Origin: the human T2T-CHM13v2.0 reference genome, Homo sapiens
NCBI RefSeq assembly: GCF_009914755.1
Contig: NC_060928.1
Reading direction: 5' to 3' (one strand)
Length of the DNA: 64,000 nucleotides
Numbering within the stretch: the first letter of the stretch is position 1; every line of letters starts with the position of its first letter. The notes beneath the pieces were generated by a model. It searched no databases. It saw only the letters and a list, made by a program, of their open reading frames with translations, and had not been told where the DNA came from. This document shows positions 27,401 through 42,253 of this stretch, in pieces. The position numbers and the translations under genes are program-made.

Positions 27401-30400
27401 GATATTTTATGTACAGTTTATTATTAATGGGTGCTTTCATATTTTATGTACAGTATATAATACATACTATGGGCACTTTGATATTTTATGTAGAGTATAT
27501 AATACATAATTTGGGTACTTTGATATTTTATATACACTACATAATACATACTTTGGGTACTTTGATATTTTATGTACAGTACTTAATATATAGTTTGGGT
27601 ACTTTGATATTGTATATGCAGTATATAACACATACTTTCGGTACTTGGATATTTTATGTACAGTATATAATACATAATTTGGGTACTTCCATATTTTATG
27701 TACAGTATGCTATATATACTTTGGGTACTTTGATATTTTATGTCCAGTAAAAAATAAAAAGTTTTGGTAATTCGATATTTTATGTACAGTGTATCGTTTG
27801 AGTACTTTGATATTTAATGTACAGTTTATTATAAATGTTCGGGTGCTTTCATATTTTATGTACAGTATATAATACATACTTTGAGCACTTTGATATTTTA
27901 TGTACAGTATATAATACATACTTTGGGTAATTTGATATTTTATGTACAGTATATAATACATACATTGGGTACTTTGATATTTTATGTACAGTATATAATA
28001 TATAGTTAGGGTACTTTGATATTTTATATACAGTATATAATATATATTATGTGTACTTTGATATATTATGTACAGTATATAATATATAGTTTGGGTAATT
28101 TGATATTTTATGTACAGTATACAATATATAGTATTGGTACTTTGATATTTCATGTAAAGTATATAGTTTGAGTACTTTGATATTTTATATACAGTTTATT
28201 ATAAATGTTTGGGTACCTTCCTATTTTATGTAGAGTATATAATACATACTTTGGGAACTTTTATTTTATGTGCAGTATAGAATACATACTTTGGGTACTT
28301 TGATATTTTATGTACAGTATATAATACATACTATTGGTACTTTGATATTTTATGTACAGTATACAATATATAGTTTGAGTACTTTGATATTTTATGTCCA
28401 GTATAAAATATATAGATTTCATACTTTGATATTTTATGTACTGAATGTAGTTTGAGTACTTTGATATTTTATGTACACTTTATTATAAAAGTTTGGGTAC
28501 TTTCATATTTTACGTACAGTATATAATACATACTTTGGGCACTTTGATGTTTTATGTACAGTATATAATACATACTTTGGGTTCTTTGATATTTTATGTA
28601 CAGCATATAATACATAATTTGGGGACTTTTATATTTTATGTACATTATATTATACATACTTTGGGTACTTTTATATTTTATGTACGGTATATAATACACA
28701 CTTTGGGTACTTTGATATATTATGTACAGTATATAATACATACTTTGGGTACTTTGATATATTATGTACAGTATATAATACATACTAAGGGTACTTTGAC
28801 ATTTTATGTACAGTACATAATACATACTTTGGGTACTTTGATATTTTATGTACAGTATATAATGCATACTTTGGATACTTTGATATTTTATGTACAGTAT
28901 ATAATACATACTTTGGGTACTTTTATATTTTATGTACAGTATATAATATATAGTTTGGGTACTTTGATATTTTATGTACGGTATATAATACATACTTTGG
29001 GTACTTTGATATTTTATGTACAGTATATAATACATACTTTGTGTACTCTGATATTTTATGTACAGTATACAATATATAGTTTGAATACTTTCATATTTTA
29101 TGTACTGTATAAAATATATAGTGTTCGTACTTTGATATTTTATGTACAATATATAGTTTGAGTACTTTGATATTTTATGTACAGTTTTTTATAAATGTTT
29201 GGGTGCTTTCAAATTTTATGTACAGTATATAATACATACAAAGGGCACTTTGATATTTTATGTAGAGTATATAATACATACTTTGGGTACTCTGATATTT
29301 TATATACAGTGTATAATACATACTTTGGGTACTTTGATATTTTATGTACAATATATAATACATACGTTGGCAACTTTGATATATTATGTACAGTATATAA
29401 TACATACTTTGGGTACTTTGATATTTTATCTACAGTATACAACACATAGTTTGTGTACTTTGATATTTTAGGTACAGTATATAATACATACTTTGGGTAC
29501 TTTGATATTTTATGTACAGTATATAATACATACATTGGGTACTTTCATATTTTATGTACAGTATATAATATATAGTTTGGTTACTTTGATATTTTATCTA
29601 CAGCTTATAATACATACTTTGGATACTTTGATACTTTATGTACAGTATATAATACATAATTTGGGTACTTTGTTATTTTATGTACAGTATACAATATATA
29701 GTTTGAGTACTTTGATATTTTATGTGCAGTATAAAATATATAGTTTTGGTACTTTCATATTTTATGTACAGTATATAGTTTGAGTACTTTGATATTTTAT
29801 GTACAGTTTTTTATAAATGTTTGGGTGCTTTCATATTTTATGTACAGTATATAATACATACTAAGGGCACTTTGATATTTTATGTACAGTATATAATACA
29901 TACCTTGGGTACTTTGATATTTTATGTACAGTATATAATACATAGTTTGGGTATTTTGATATTTTATGTACAGTATATAATACATACTTTGGGTACTTTG
30001 ATATTTTATGTACAGTATATAATACATACTTTGGGAACTTTGATATTTTATGTACAGTATGTAGAACATACTTTGGGTACTTTGATATTTTATGTACAGG
30101 ATATAATGCATACTTTGGGTACTTTGATAGTTTATGTACAGTATATAATACATACTTTGGGTACTTTGATATTTTATGTATAGTATAAAATATATAGTTT
30201 GCGTACTTTGATATTTTATGTACAGTATGTAAAACATACTTTGGGGAGTTTGATATTTTATGTACAGTATGTAAAACATACTTTGGGGAGTTTGATATTT
30301 TATGAACAGTATATAATACACATTTTGTGTACTTTGATATTTTATGTAAAGTATATAATACATACTTTGGGTACTTTGATATTTTATGTACAGTATATAT

Positions 30401-31659
30401 TACATACTTTGGGTACTTTGATATTTTATGTACAGTATACAATATATAGTTTGAGTACTTTGATATTTTATGTACTGTATAAAATATATAGTTTTGGTAC
30501 TTTGATATTTTATGTACAGTATATAGTTTGAGTACTTTGATATTTTATGTACAGTTTGTTATAAATATTTTGGTGCTTTCATATTTTATGTACTGTATAT
30601 AATACATGCTTTGGGCACTTTGATATTTTATGTACAGTATATAATACATACTTTGGGTACTCTGATATTTTATGTACAGTGTATAATACATACTTTGGGT
30701 ACTTTGATATTTTATGTACAGTATATAATACATACATTGGGTACTTTTATATATTATGTACAGTATATAATACTTACTTGGGGTACTTTGATATTTTATG
30801 TACAGTATATAATACATAGTTTGTGTACTTTGATATTTTATGTACAGTATGTAGTACACACTTTGGGTACTTTGATATTTTATGTACAGTATATAATACA
30901 TACTTTGGGTACTTTTATATTTTATGTACGGTATATAATACATACTTTGGGTACTTTTATATTTTATGTACGGTATATAATACATACTTTGGGTACTTTG
31001 ATATATTATGTACAGTATATAATACATACTTTGGGTACTTTGATATATTATGTACAGTATATAATACATACGTAGGGTACTTTGACATTTTATGTACAGT
31101 ACATAATACATACTTTGGGTACTTTGATATTTTATGTACAGTATATAATACATACTTTGGGTACTTTGATATTTTATGTACAGTATATAATACATGTTTT
31201 GGGTACTTTTACATTTTATGTACAGTATATAATATATAGTTTGGGTACTTTGATATTTTATGTACGGTATATAATACATACTTTGGGTACTTTGATATTT
31301 TATGTACAGTATATAATACATACTTTGGGTACTTTGATATTTTATGTACAGTATATAATACATACTTTGGGTACTTTGATATTTAATGTACAGTATATAA
31401 TACACACTTTGCGTACTTTGATATTTTATGTAAAGTATGTAATACATACTTTGGGTACTTTGATATTTTATGTACAGTATGTAATACACGCTTTGGGTAC
31501 TTTGATATTTTATGTACAGTATGTAAAACATACTTTGGGTAGTTTGATATATTATGTACAGTATATAATACATACTTTGGGTACTCTGATATTTTATGTA
31601 CAGTGTATAATACATACTTTGGGTACTTTGATATTTTATGTACAGTATATAATACATAC
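17046..31659 (+). repeat. Near-perfect tandem duplication, period 7280 bp (17046-24379 matches 24326-31659)
   Basis: ORFs from 17303 to 23543 have identical translations at +7280, and the private variant GTACTTTTTTTATTTT is shared (19491/26771). The first mismatches flanking the match are at 17045/24325 and 24380/31660. Confidence 0.93.
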
Positions 31660-34600
31660 ATTCGGTACTTTGATATATTATGTACAGTATATAATACTTA
31701 CTTGGGGTACTTTGATATTTTATGTACAGTATATAATACATACTTTGTGTACTTTGATATTTTATGTACAGTATATAACACATACTTTGGGTACTTTGAT
31801 ATTTTATGTACAGTATAAAATGCATACTTTGGGTACTTTGATATTTTATGTACAGTATATAATGCATACTTTGAGTACTTTGATATTTTATGTACAGTAT
31901 GTAATACATACTTTGGGTACTTTGATATTTTATGTATAGTATATAATACATACTTTGTGTAGTTTGATATTTTATGTACAGTATACAATATATAGTTTGA
32001 GTACTTTGATATTTTATGTCCAGTATAAAATATATAGTTTTCCTAATTGATATTTTATGTACAGAATATAGTTTGAGTACTTTGATATTTTATGTACACT
32101 TTATTATAAATGTTTGGGTACTTTCATATTTTATGTACAGTATATAATACATACTTTGGTCTCTTTGATGTTTTATCTACAGTATATAATACATACTTTG
32201 GGTTCTTTGATATTTTATGTGCAGAATATAATGCATAGTTTTAGGTACTTTTATATTTTATGTACAGTATATAATACATACTTTGGGTACTTTGATATTT
32301 TATGTACAGTATATAATACATACTTTGGGTACTTTGATATTTTATGTACAGTATATAATATATAGTTTGGGTACTTTGATAATTTATGTACAGTGTATAA
32401 CACATACTTTGAGTACTTTGATATTTTATGTACAGTATATAATACATACTTTGGGTACTTTGATATTTTATATACAGTATATAATACATACTTTGGGTAC
32501 TTTCATATTTCATGTACAGTTTATAATATATAGTTTGGGTACTTTGGTATATTATGTACTGTATATAATACATACTTTGGGTACTTTGATATTTTATGTA
32601 CAGTATATAATACATACTTTGGGTACTTTGATATTTTATGTACAGTATACAATATATACTTTGACTACTTTGATATTTTATGTCCAGTATAGAATATATA
32701 GTTTTGGTAGTTTGATATTTTATGTACAGTATATAGTTTGAGTACATTGATATTTTATGTACACTTTATTATAAATGTTTGGATACTTTCATATTTTATG
32801 TACAGTATATAATACATACTTTGGGCACTTTGATATTTTATGTACAGTATACCATACATACTTTGGGTACTTTGATATTTTATGTACAGTATATAATACA
32901 TAATTTGGGTAATTTGATATTTTATGTACAGTATATAATACATACATTGGGTACTTTGATATTTTATGTACAGTATATAATATATAGTTAGGGTACTTTG
33001 ATATTTTATATACAGTATATAATATATATTATGTGTACTTTGATATATTATGTACAGTATATAATATATAGTTTGGGTAATTTGATATTTTATGTACAGT
33101 ATACAATATATAGAATTGGTACTTTGATATTTCATGTAAAGTATATAGTTTGAGTACTTTGATATTTTATATACAGTTTATTATAAATGTTTGGGTACCT
33201 TCCTATTTTATGTAGAGTATATAATACATACTTTGGGAACTTTTATTTTATGTGCAGTATATAATACATACTTTGGGTACTTTGATATTTTATGTACAGT
33301 ATATTATACATACTATTGGTACTTTGATATTTTATGTACAGTATACAATATATAGTTTGAGTACTTTGATATTTTATGTCCAGTATAAAATATATAGATT
33401 TCATACTTTGATATTTTATGTACTGAATGTAGTTTGAGTACTTTGATATTTTATGTACACTTTATTATAAAAGTTTGGGTACTTTCATATTTTACGTACA
33501 GTATATAATACATACTTTGGGCACTTTGATGTTTTATGTACAGTATATAATACATACTTTGGGTTCTTTGATATTTTATGTACAGCATATAATACATAAT
33601 TTGGGGACTTTTATATTTTATGTACATTATATTATACATACTTTGGGTACTTTTATATTTTATGTACGGTGTATAATACACACTTTGGGTACTTTGATAT
33701 ATTATGTACAGTATATAATACATACTTTGGGTACTTTGATATATTATGTACAGTATATAATACATACTAAGGGTACTTTGACATTTTATGTACAGTACAT
33801 AATACATACTTTGGGTACTTTGATATTTTATGTACAGTATATAATGCATACTTTGGATACTTTGATATTTTATGTACAGTATATAATACATACTTTGGGT
33901 ACTTTTATATTTTATGTACAGTATATAATATATAGTTTGGGTACTCTGATATTTTATGTACGATATATAATACATACTTTGGGTACTTTGATATTTTATG
34001 TACAGTATATAATACATACTTTGGGTACTCTGATATTTTATGTACAGTATACAATATATAGTTTGAATACTTTGATATTTTATGTACTGTATAAAATATA
34101 TAGTTTTCGTACTTTGATATTTTATGTACAATATATAGTTTGAGTACTTTGATATTTTATGTACAGTTTTTTATAAATGTTTGGGTGCTTTCATATTTTA
34201 TATACAGTATATAATACATACAAAGGGCACTTTGATATTTTATGTACAGTATATAATACATACTTTGGGTACTCTGATATTTTATGTACAGTGTATAATA
34301 CATACTTTGGGTACTTTGATATTTTATGTACAATATATAATACATACGTTGGGAACTTTGATATATTATGTACAGTATATAATACATACTTTGGGTACTT
34401 TGATATTTTAACTACAGTATATAATACATACATTGGGTACTTTCATATTTTATGTACAGTATATAATACATACTTTGGGTACTTTGATATTTTATGTACA
34501 GTATATAATACATACTTTGGGTACTTTGATATTTTATGTACAGTATAAAATATATACTTTGACTACTTTGATATTTTATGTCCAGTATAGAATATATATT

Positions 34601-37600
34601 TTTGGTACTTTGATATTTTATGTACAGTATATAGTTTGAGTACATTGATATTTTATGTACACTTTATTATAAATGTTTGGATACTTTCATATTTTATGTA
34701 CAGTATATAATACATACTTTGGTCTCTTTGATGTTTTATGTACAGTATATAATACATACTTTGGGTTCTTTGATATTTTATGTACAGTATATAATACATA
34801 CTTTGGGTACTTTGATATTTCATGCACAGTATACAATATATAGTTTGAGTACTTTGATATTTTATGTACTGTATAAAATATATAGTTTTCGTACTTTGAT
34901 ATTTTATGTACAGTATATAGTTTGAGTACTTTGATATTTTATGTACACTTTATTATAAATGTTTGGGTACTTTCATATTTTATGTACAGTATATAATACA
35001 TACTTTGGTCTCTTTGATGTTTTATGTACAGTATATAATACATACTTTGGGTTCTTTGATATTTTATGTGCAGAATATAATGCATAGTTTTAGGTACTTT
35101 TATATTTTATGTACAGTATATAATACATACTTTGGGTACTTTGATATTTTATGTACAGTATATAATACATACTTTAGGTACTTTGATATTTTATGTACAG
35201 TATATAATACATACTTTGGGTACTTTCATATTTCATGTACAGTTTAAATATATAGTTTGGGTACTTTGGTATATTATGTACAGTATATAATACATACTTT
35301 GGGTACTTTGATATTTTATGTACAGTATAAAATATATACTTTGACTACTTTGATATTTTATGTCCAGTATAGAATATATATTTTTGGTACTTTGATATTT
35401 TATGTACAGTATATAGTTTGAGTACATTGATATTTTATGTACACTTTATTATAAATGTTTGGATACTTTCATATTTTATGTACAGTATATAATACATACT
35501 TTGGGCACTTTGATATTTTATGTACAGTATACAATACATACTTTGGGTACTTTGATATTTTATGTACAGTATATAATACATAATTTGGGTACTTTGATAT
35601 TTTATGTACAGTATATAATGCATACTTTGGGTACTTTGATGTTTTATGTACAGTATATAATACATACTTAGGGTACTTTGACATTTTATGTGCAGTACAT
35701 AATACATACTTTGGATACTTTGTTATTTTAAATACAGTATGTAATACATATTTTGGGTACTTTGATATTTTATGTACAGTATATAATACATACTTTGGTA
35801 CTTTTATATTTCATGTACAGTATAAAATATATAGTTTGGGTACTTTGATATTTTATGTACACTATATAATACATAGTTTGGGTATTTTGATATTTTATGT
35901 ACAGTATATAATACATACTTTGTGTACTTTGATATTTTATGTACAGTATATAATATATAGTTTGGGTACTTTGATATTTTATGTGTAGTATATAACACAT
36001 ACTTTCGGTAGTTGGATATTTTATGTACAGTATATAATACATACTTTGGGTACTTCGATATTTGATGTACAGTATACTATACATAGTTTGGGTACTTTGA
36101 TATTTTATGTCGGGTATAAAATAAATAGTTTTGGTATTTAGATATTTTATGTACAGTATATAGTTTGAGTACTTTTATATTTTATGTACACTTTATTATA
36201 AAAGTTTGGGTACTTTCATATTTTACGTACAGTATATAATACATACTTTGGGCACTTTGATGTTTTATGTACAGTATATAATACATACTTTGGGTTCTTT
36301 GATATTTTATGTACAGCATATAATACATAATTTGGGGACTTTTATATTTTATGTACATTATATTATACATACTTTGGGTACTTTTATATTTTATGTACGG
36401 TATATAATACATACTTTGTGTACTTTGATATATTATGTACAGTATATAATACATACCTTGGGTACTTTGATATATTATGTACAGTATATAATACATACTA
36501 AGGGTACTTTGACATTTTATGTACAGTACATAATACATACTTTGGGAACTTTGATATTTTATGTACAGTATATAATGCATACTTTGGATACTTTGATATT
36601 TTATGTACAGTATATAATACATATTTTGGGTACTTTGATATTTTATGTACAGTATGTAATACATAATTTGGGTAATTTAATATTTTATTTATAGTATATA
36701 ATACATACTTTGGGTACTTTGATATTTTATGGACAGTGTATAATACATACTTTTGGTATTCTGATATTTTATGTACAGTGTATAATATATAGTTTGGGTA
36801 CTTTGGTATTTTATATACAGTATATAATACATACTTTGGGTACTTTGATATTTTATGTACAGTATATAATACATACTTTGGGTACTTTGATATTTTATGT
36901 ACAGTATATAATACATACTTTGGGTACTTTGATATTTTATGCACAGTATACAATATATAGTTTGAGTACTTTGATATTTTATGTACTGTATAAAGTATAT
37001 AGTTTTGGTACTTTGATATTTTATGTACAGTATATAGTTTGAGTACTTTGATATTTTATGTACAGTTTGTTAAAAATGTTTGGGTGCTTTCATATTTTAT
37101 GTACAGTATATAATACATACTTTGGGCACTTTGATATCTTATGTACAGTATATAATACATACTTTGGGTACTTTTATATTTTATGTACAGTATATAATAT
37201 ATAGTTTGAGTACTTTGATATTTTAGGTACTGTATAAAATATATAGTTTTCATACTTTGATATTTTATGTACAGTATATAGTTTGAGTACTTTGATATTT
37301 TATGTACAGTTTTTTATAAATGTTTGGGTGCTTTCATGTTTTATGTACAGTATATAATACATACAAAGGGCAGTTTGATATTTTATGTACAGTATATAAT
37401 ACATACTTTGGGTACTCTGATATTTTATGTACTGTGTATAATGCATACTTTGGGTACTTTGATATTTTATGTACAATATATAATACATACGTTGGGAACT
37501 TTGATATATTATGTACAGTATATAATACATACTTTGGGTACTTTGATATTTTATCTACAGTATACAACACATAGTTTGTGTACTTTGATATTTTATGTAC

Positions 37601-37769
37601 AGTATATAATACATACTTTGGGTACTTTGATATTTTATATACAGTATATAATACATACTTTGGGTACTTTCATATTTTATGTACAGTATATAATATATAG
37701 TTTGGGTACTTTGATATTTTATCTACAGCTTATAATACATACATTGGGTACTTCGATATTTTATGTACA

Positions 37770-38775
37770 GTATATAATACATACTTTGGGTAGTTTGATA
37801 TTTTATGTACAGTATACAATATATAGCTTGAGTACTTTGATATTTTATGTGCAGTATAAAATATATAGTTTTGGTACTTTCATATTTTATGTACAGTATA
37901 TAGTTTGAGTACTTTGATATTTTATGTACAGTTTTTTATAAATGATTGTGTGCTTTCATATTTTATGTACAGTATATAATACATACTAAGGGCACTTTGA
38001 TATTTTATGTACAGTATATAATACATACTTTGGGTACTTTTATATTTTATGTACAGTATATAATACATACTTTGGGTACTTTGATATTTTATGTACAGTG
38101 TATAATACACACTTTGCGTACTTTGATATTTTATGTAAAGTATGTAATACATACTTTGGGTAGTTTGATATTTTATGTACAGTATATAATACATACCTTG
38201 GGTACTTTGATATTTTATGTACAGTATATAATATATAGTTTGGGTATTTTGATATTTTATGTACGGTATATAATACATACTTTGGGTAGTTTGATATTTT
38301 ATGTACAGTATACAATATATAGCTTGAGTACTTTGATATTTTATGTGCAGTATAAAATATATAGTTTTGGTACTTTCATATTTTATGTACAGTATATAGT
38401 TTGAGTACTTTGATATTTTATGTACAGTTTTTTATAAATGATTGTGTGCTTTCATATTTTATGTACAGTATATAATACATACTAAGGGCACTTTGATATT
38501 TTATGTACAGTATATAATACATACTTTGGGTACTTTTATATTTTATGTACAGTATATAATACATACTTTGGGTACTTTGATATTTTATGTACAGTATATA
38601 ATACACACTTTGCGTACTTTGATATTTTATGTAAAGTATGTAATACATACTTTGGGTAGTTTGATATTTTATGTACAGTATATAATACATACCTTGGGTA
38701 CTTTGATATTTTATGTACAGTATATAATATATAGTTTGGGTATTTTGATATTTTATGTACGGTATATAATACATA
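37770..38775 (+). repeat. Tandem duplication of one 12-monomer higher-order unit, period 496 bp
   Basis: The private variants ATAGCTTGAG and AAATGATTGTGTGC occur twice, 496 bp apart (ORFs 37946/38442). 496 = 10x42 + 35 + 41. Confidence 0.9.
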
Positions 38776-41700
38776 ATTTGGGTACTTTGATATTTTATGT
38801 ACAGTATATAATACATACTTTGGGAACTTTGATAGTTTATGTACAGGATATAATGCATACTTTGGGTACTTTGATATTTTATGTATAGTATAAAATATAT
38901 AGTTTGGGTAGTTTGATATTTTAAGTATAGTATATGATACATACTTTGGGTACTTAGATATTTTATCTACAGTGTATAATAAACACTATTGGTACTTTGA
39001 TATATTATGTACAATATATAATACATACTTTGGGTACTTTGATATTTTATGTACAGTATATAATACATACTTTGGGTACTTTGATATTTTATGTACAGTA
39101 TGTAATACATACATTGGGTACTTTCATATTTCATGTACACTATATAATATATTGTTTGGGTACTTTGGTATATTATGTACTGTATATAATACATACTTTG
39201 AGTACTTTGATATTTTATATACAGTATATAATACATACTTTGTGTACTTTGATATTTCATGTACAGTATACAATATATACTTTGTGTACTTTGATATTTT
39301 ATGTCCAGTATAGAATATATAGTTTTGGTAGTTTGATATTTTATGTACAGTATATAGTTTGAGTACTTTCACATTTTATGTACAGTTTATTATAAATGTT
39401 TGGGTGTTTTCATATTTTATGTACTGTATATAATACATACATTGGGCACTTTGATATATTATGTACAGTATATAATACATACTTTGGGTAGTCTGATATT
39501 TTATGTACAGTATATAATACACACTTTGGGTACTTTGATATTTTATGTACAGGATATAATGCATACTTTGGGTACTTTGATAGTTTATGTACAGTAAATA
39601 ATACATACTTTGGGTACTTTGATATTTTATGTATAGTATAAAATATACAGTTTGGGTACTTTGATATTTTATGTACAGTATGTAAAACATACTTTGGGGA
39701 GTTTGATATTTTATGTACAGTATGTAAAACATACTTTGGGGAGTTTGATATTTTATGAACAGTATATAATACACATTTTGTGTACTTTGATATTTTTTGT
39801 ACAGTATGCAATATATAGTTTGAGTACTTTGATATTTTATATACTGTATAAAATATATAGTTTTGGTACTTTGAGATTTTAAGTACAGTATATACTTTGA
39901 GTAATTTGATATTTTATGTACAGTTTATTATAAATGTTTGGGTAGTTTCATATTTGATGTACAGTATATAATACATAATTTGGGCACTTTGATATTTTAT
40001 GTACAGTATATAATACATACCTTGGGTACTTTTATATTTTATGTACAGTATATAATACATACTTAGGGTACTTTGATATTTAATGTACAGTATATAATGC
40101 ACACTTTGCGTACTGTGATATTTTATGTAAAGTATGTAATACATACTTTGGGTAGTTTTATATTTTATGTACAGTATGTAATACACACTTTGGGTACTTT
40201 GATATTTTATGTAGAGTATGTAAAAAATACTTTGGGTAGTTTGATATTTTATGATCAGTATATAATACACATTTTGGGTACTTTGATATTTTATGTACAG
40301 TGTATAATGCATACTTTGGGTACTTTGATATTTTATGTACAGGATATAATGCATACTTTGGGTACTTTGATAGTTTATGTATAGTATATAATACATACTA
40401 TGGGTACTTTGATATTTTATGTATAGTATAAAATATATAGTTTGGGTAGCTTGATATTTTATGTACAGTATGTAAAACATACTTTGGGGAGTTTGATATT
40501 TTATGTACAGTATGTAAAACATACTTTGGGGAGTTTGATATTTTATGAACAGTATATAATACACATTTTGTGTGCTTTGATATTTTATGTAAAGTATATA
40601 ATACATACTTTGGGTACTTTGATATTTTATGTACAGTATATATTACATACTTTGGGTACTTTGATATTTTATGTACAGTATACAATATATAGTTTGAGTA
40701 CTTTGATATTTTATGTACTGTATAAAATATATAGTTTTGGTACTTTGATATTTTATGTACAGTATATAGTTTGAGTACTTTGATATTTTATGTACAGTTT
40801 GTTATAAATGTTTGGGTGCTTTCATATTTTATGTACTGTATATAATACATGCTTTGGGCACTTTGATATTTTATGTACAGTATATAATACATACTTTGGG
40901 TAATCTGATATTTTATGTACAGTGTGTAATACATACTTTGGGTACTTTGATATTTTATGTACAGTATATAATACATACATTGGGTACTTTGATATATTAT
41001 GTACAGTATATAATACTTACTTGGGGTACTTTGATATTTTATGTACTGTATATAATACATAGTTTGTGTACTTTGATATTTTATGTACAGTATATAATAC
41101 ATACTTTGGGAACTTTGATATTTTATGTACAGTATATAATACATACTTTGGGTATCTTGACATTTTATGTACAGTATATAATGCATACTTTGGGTACTTT
41201 GATATTTTATGTACAGTATATAATGCGTACTTTGGGTACTTTGATATTTTATGTACAGTATGTAATACATACTTTGGGTACTTTGATATTTTATGTATAG
41301 TATATAATACATACTTTGTGTAGTTTGATATTTTATGTACAGTATACAATATATAGTTTGAGTACTTTGTTATTTTATGTCCAGTATAAAATATATAGTT
41401 TTCGTAATTGATATTTTATGTACAGAATATAGTTTGAGTACTTTGATATTTTATGTACACTTTATTATAAATGTTTGGGTACTTTCAGATTTTATGTACA
41501 GTATATAATACATACATTGGTCTCTTTGATGTTTTATGTACAGTATATAATACATACTTTGGGTTCTTTGATATTTTATGTACAGAATATAATGCATAGT
41601 ATTTGGTACTTTTATATTTTATGTACAGTATATAATACATACTTTGGGTACTTTGATATTTTATGTACAGTATATAATACATACTTTGGGAACTTTGATA

Positions 41701-42253
41701 TTTTATGTACAGTATGTAATACATACTTTGGGTACTTTGATATTTTATGTACAGTATATAATACATACTATTGGTACTTTGATATTTTATGTACAGTATA
41801 CAATATATAGTTTGAGTACTTTGATATTTTATGTCCAGTATAAAATATATAGATTTCATAGTTTGATATTTTATGTACTGAATGTAGTTTGAGTACTTTG
41901 ATATTTTATGTACACTTTATTATAAAAGTTTGGGTACTTTCATATTTTACGTACAGTATATAATACATACTTTGGGCACTTTTATGTTTTATGTACAGTA
42001 TATAATACATACTTTGGGTTCTTTGATATTTTATGTACAGCAAATAATACATAATTTGGGGACTTTTATATTTTATGTACATTATATTATACATACTTTG
42101 GGTACTTTTATATTTTATGTACGGTATATAATACATACTTTGGGTACTTTGATATATTATGTACAGTATATAATACATACTTTGGGTACTTTGATATATT
42201 ATGTACTGTATATAATACATACTAAGGGTACTTTGACATTTTATGTACAGTAC

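Noticed and set aside
30545-31951. Longest ORF (468 aa, minus strand)
   Set aside because: It coincides with one of the longest cassette-free monomer runs (~1545 bp spacing), so its length is explained by the repeat structure.
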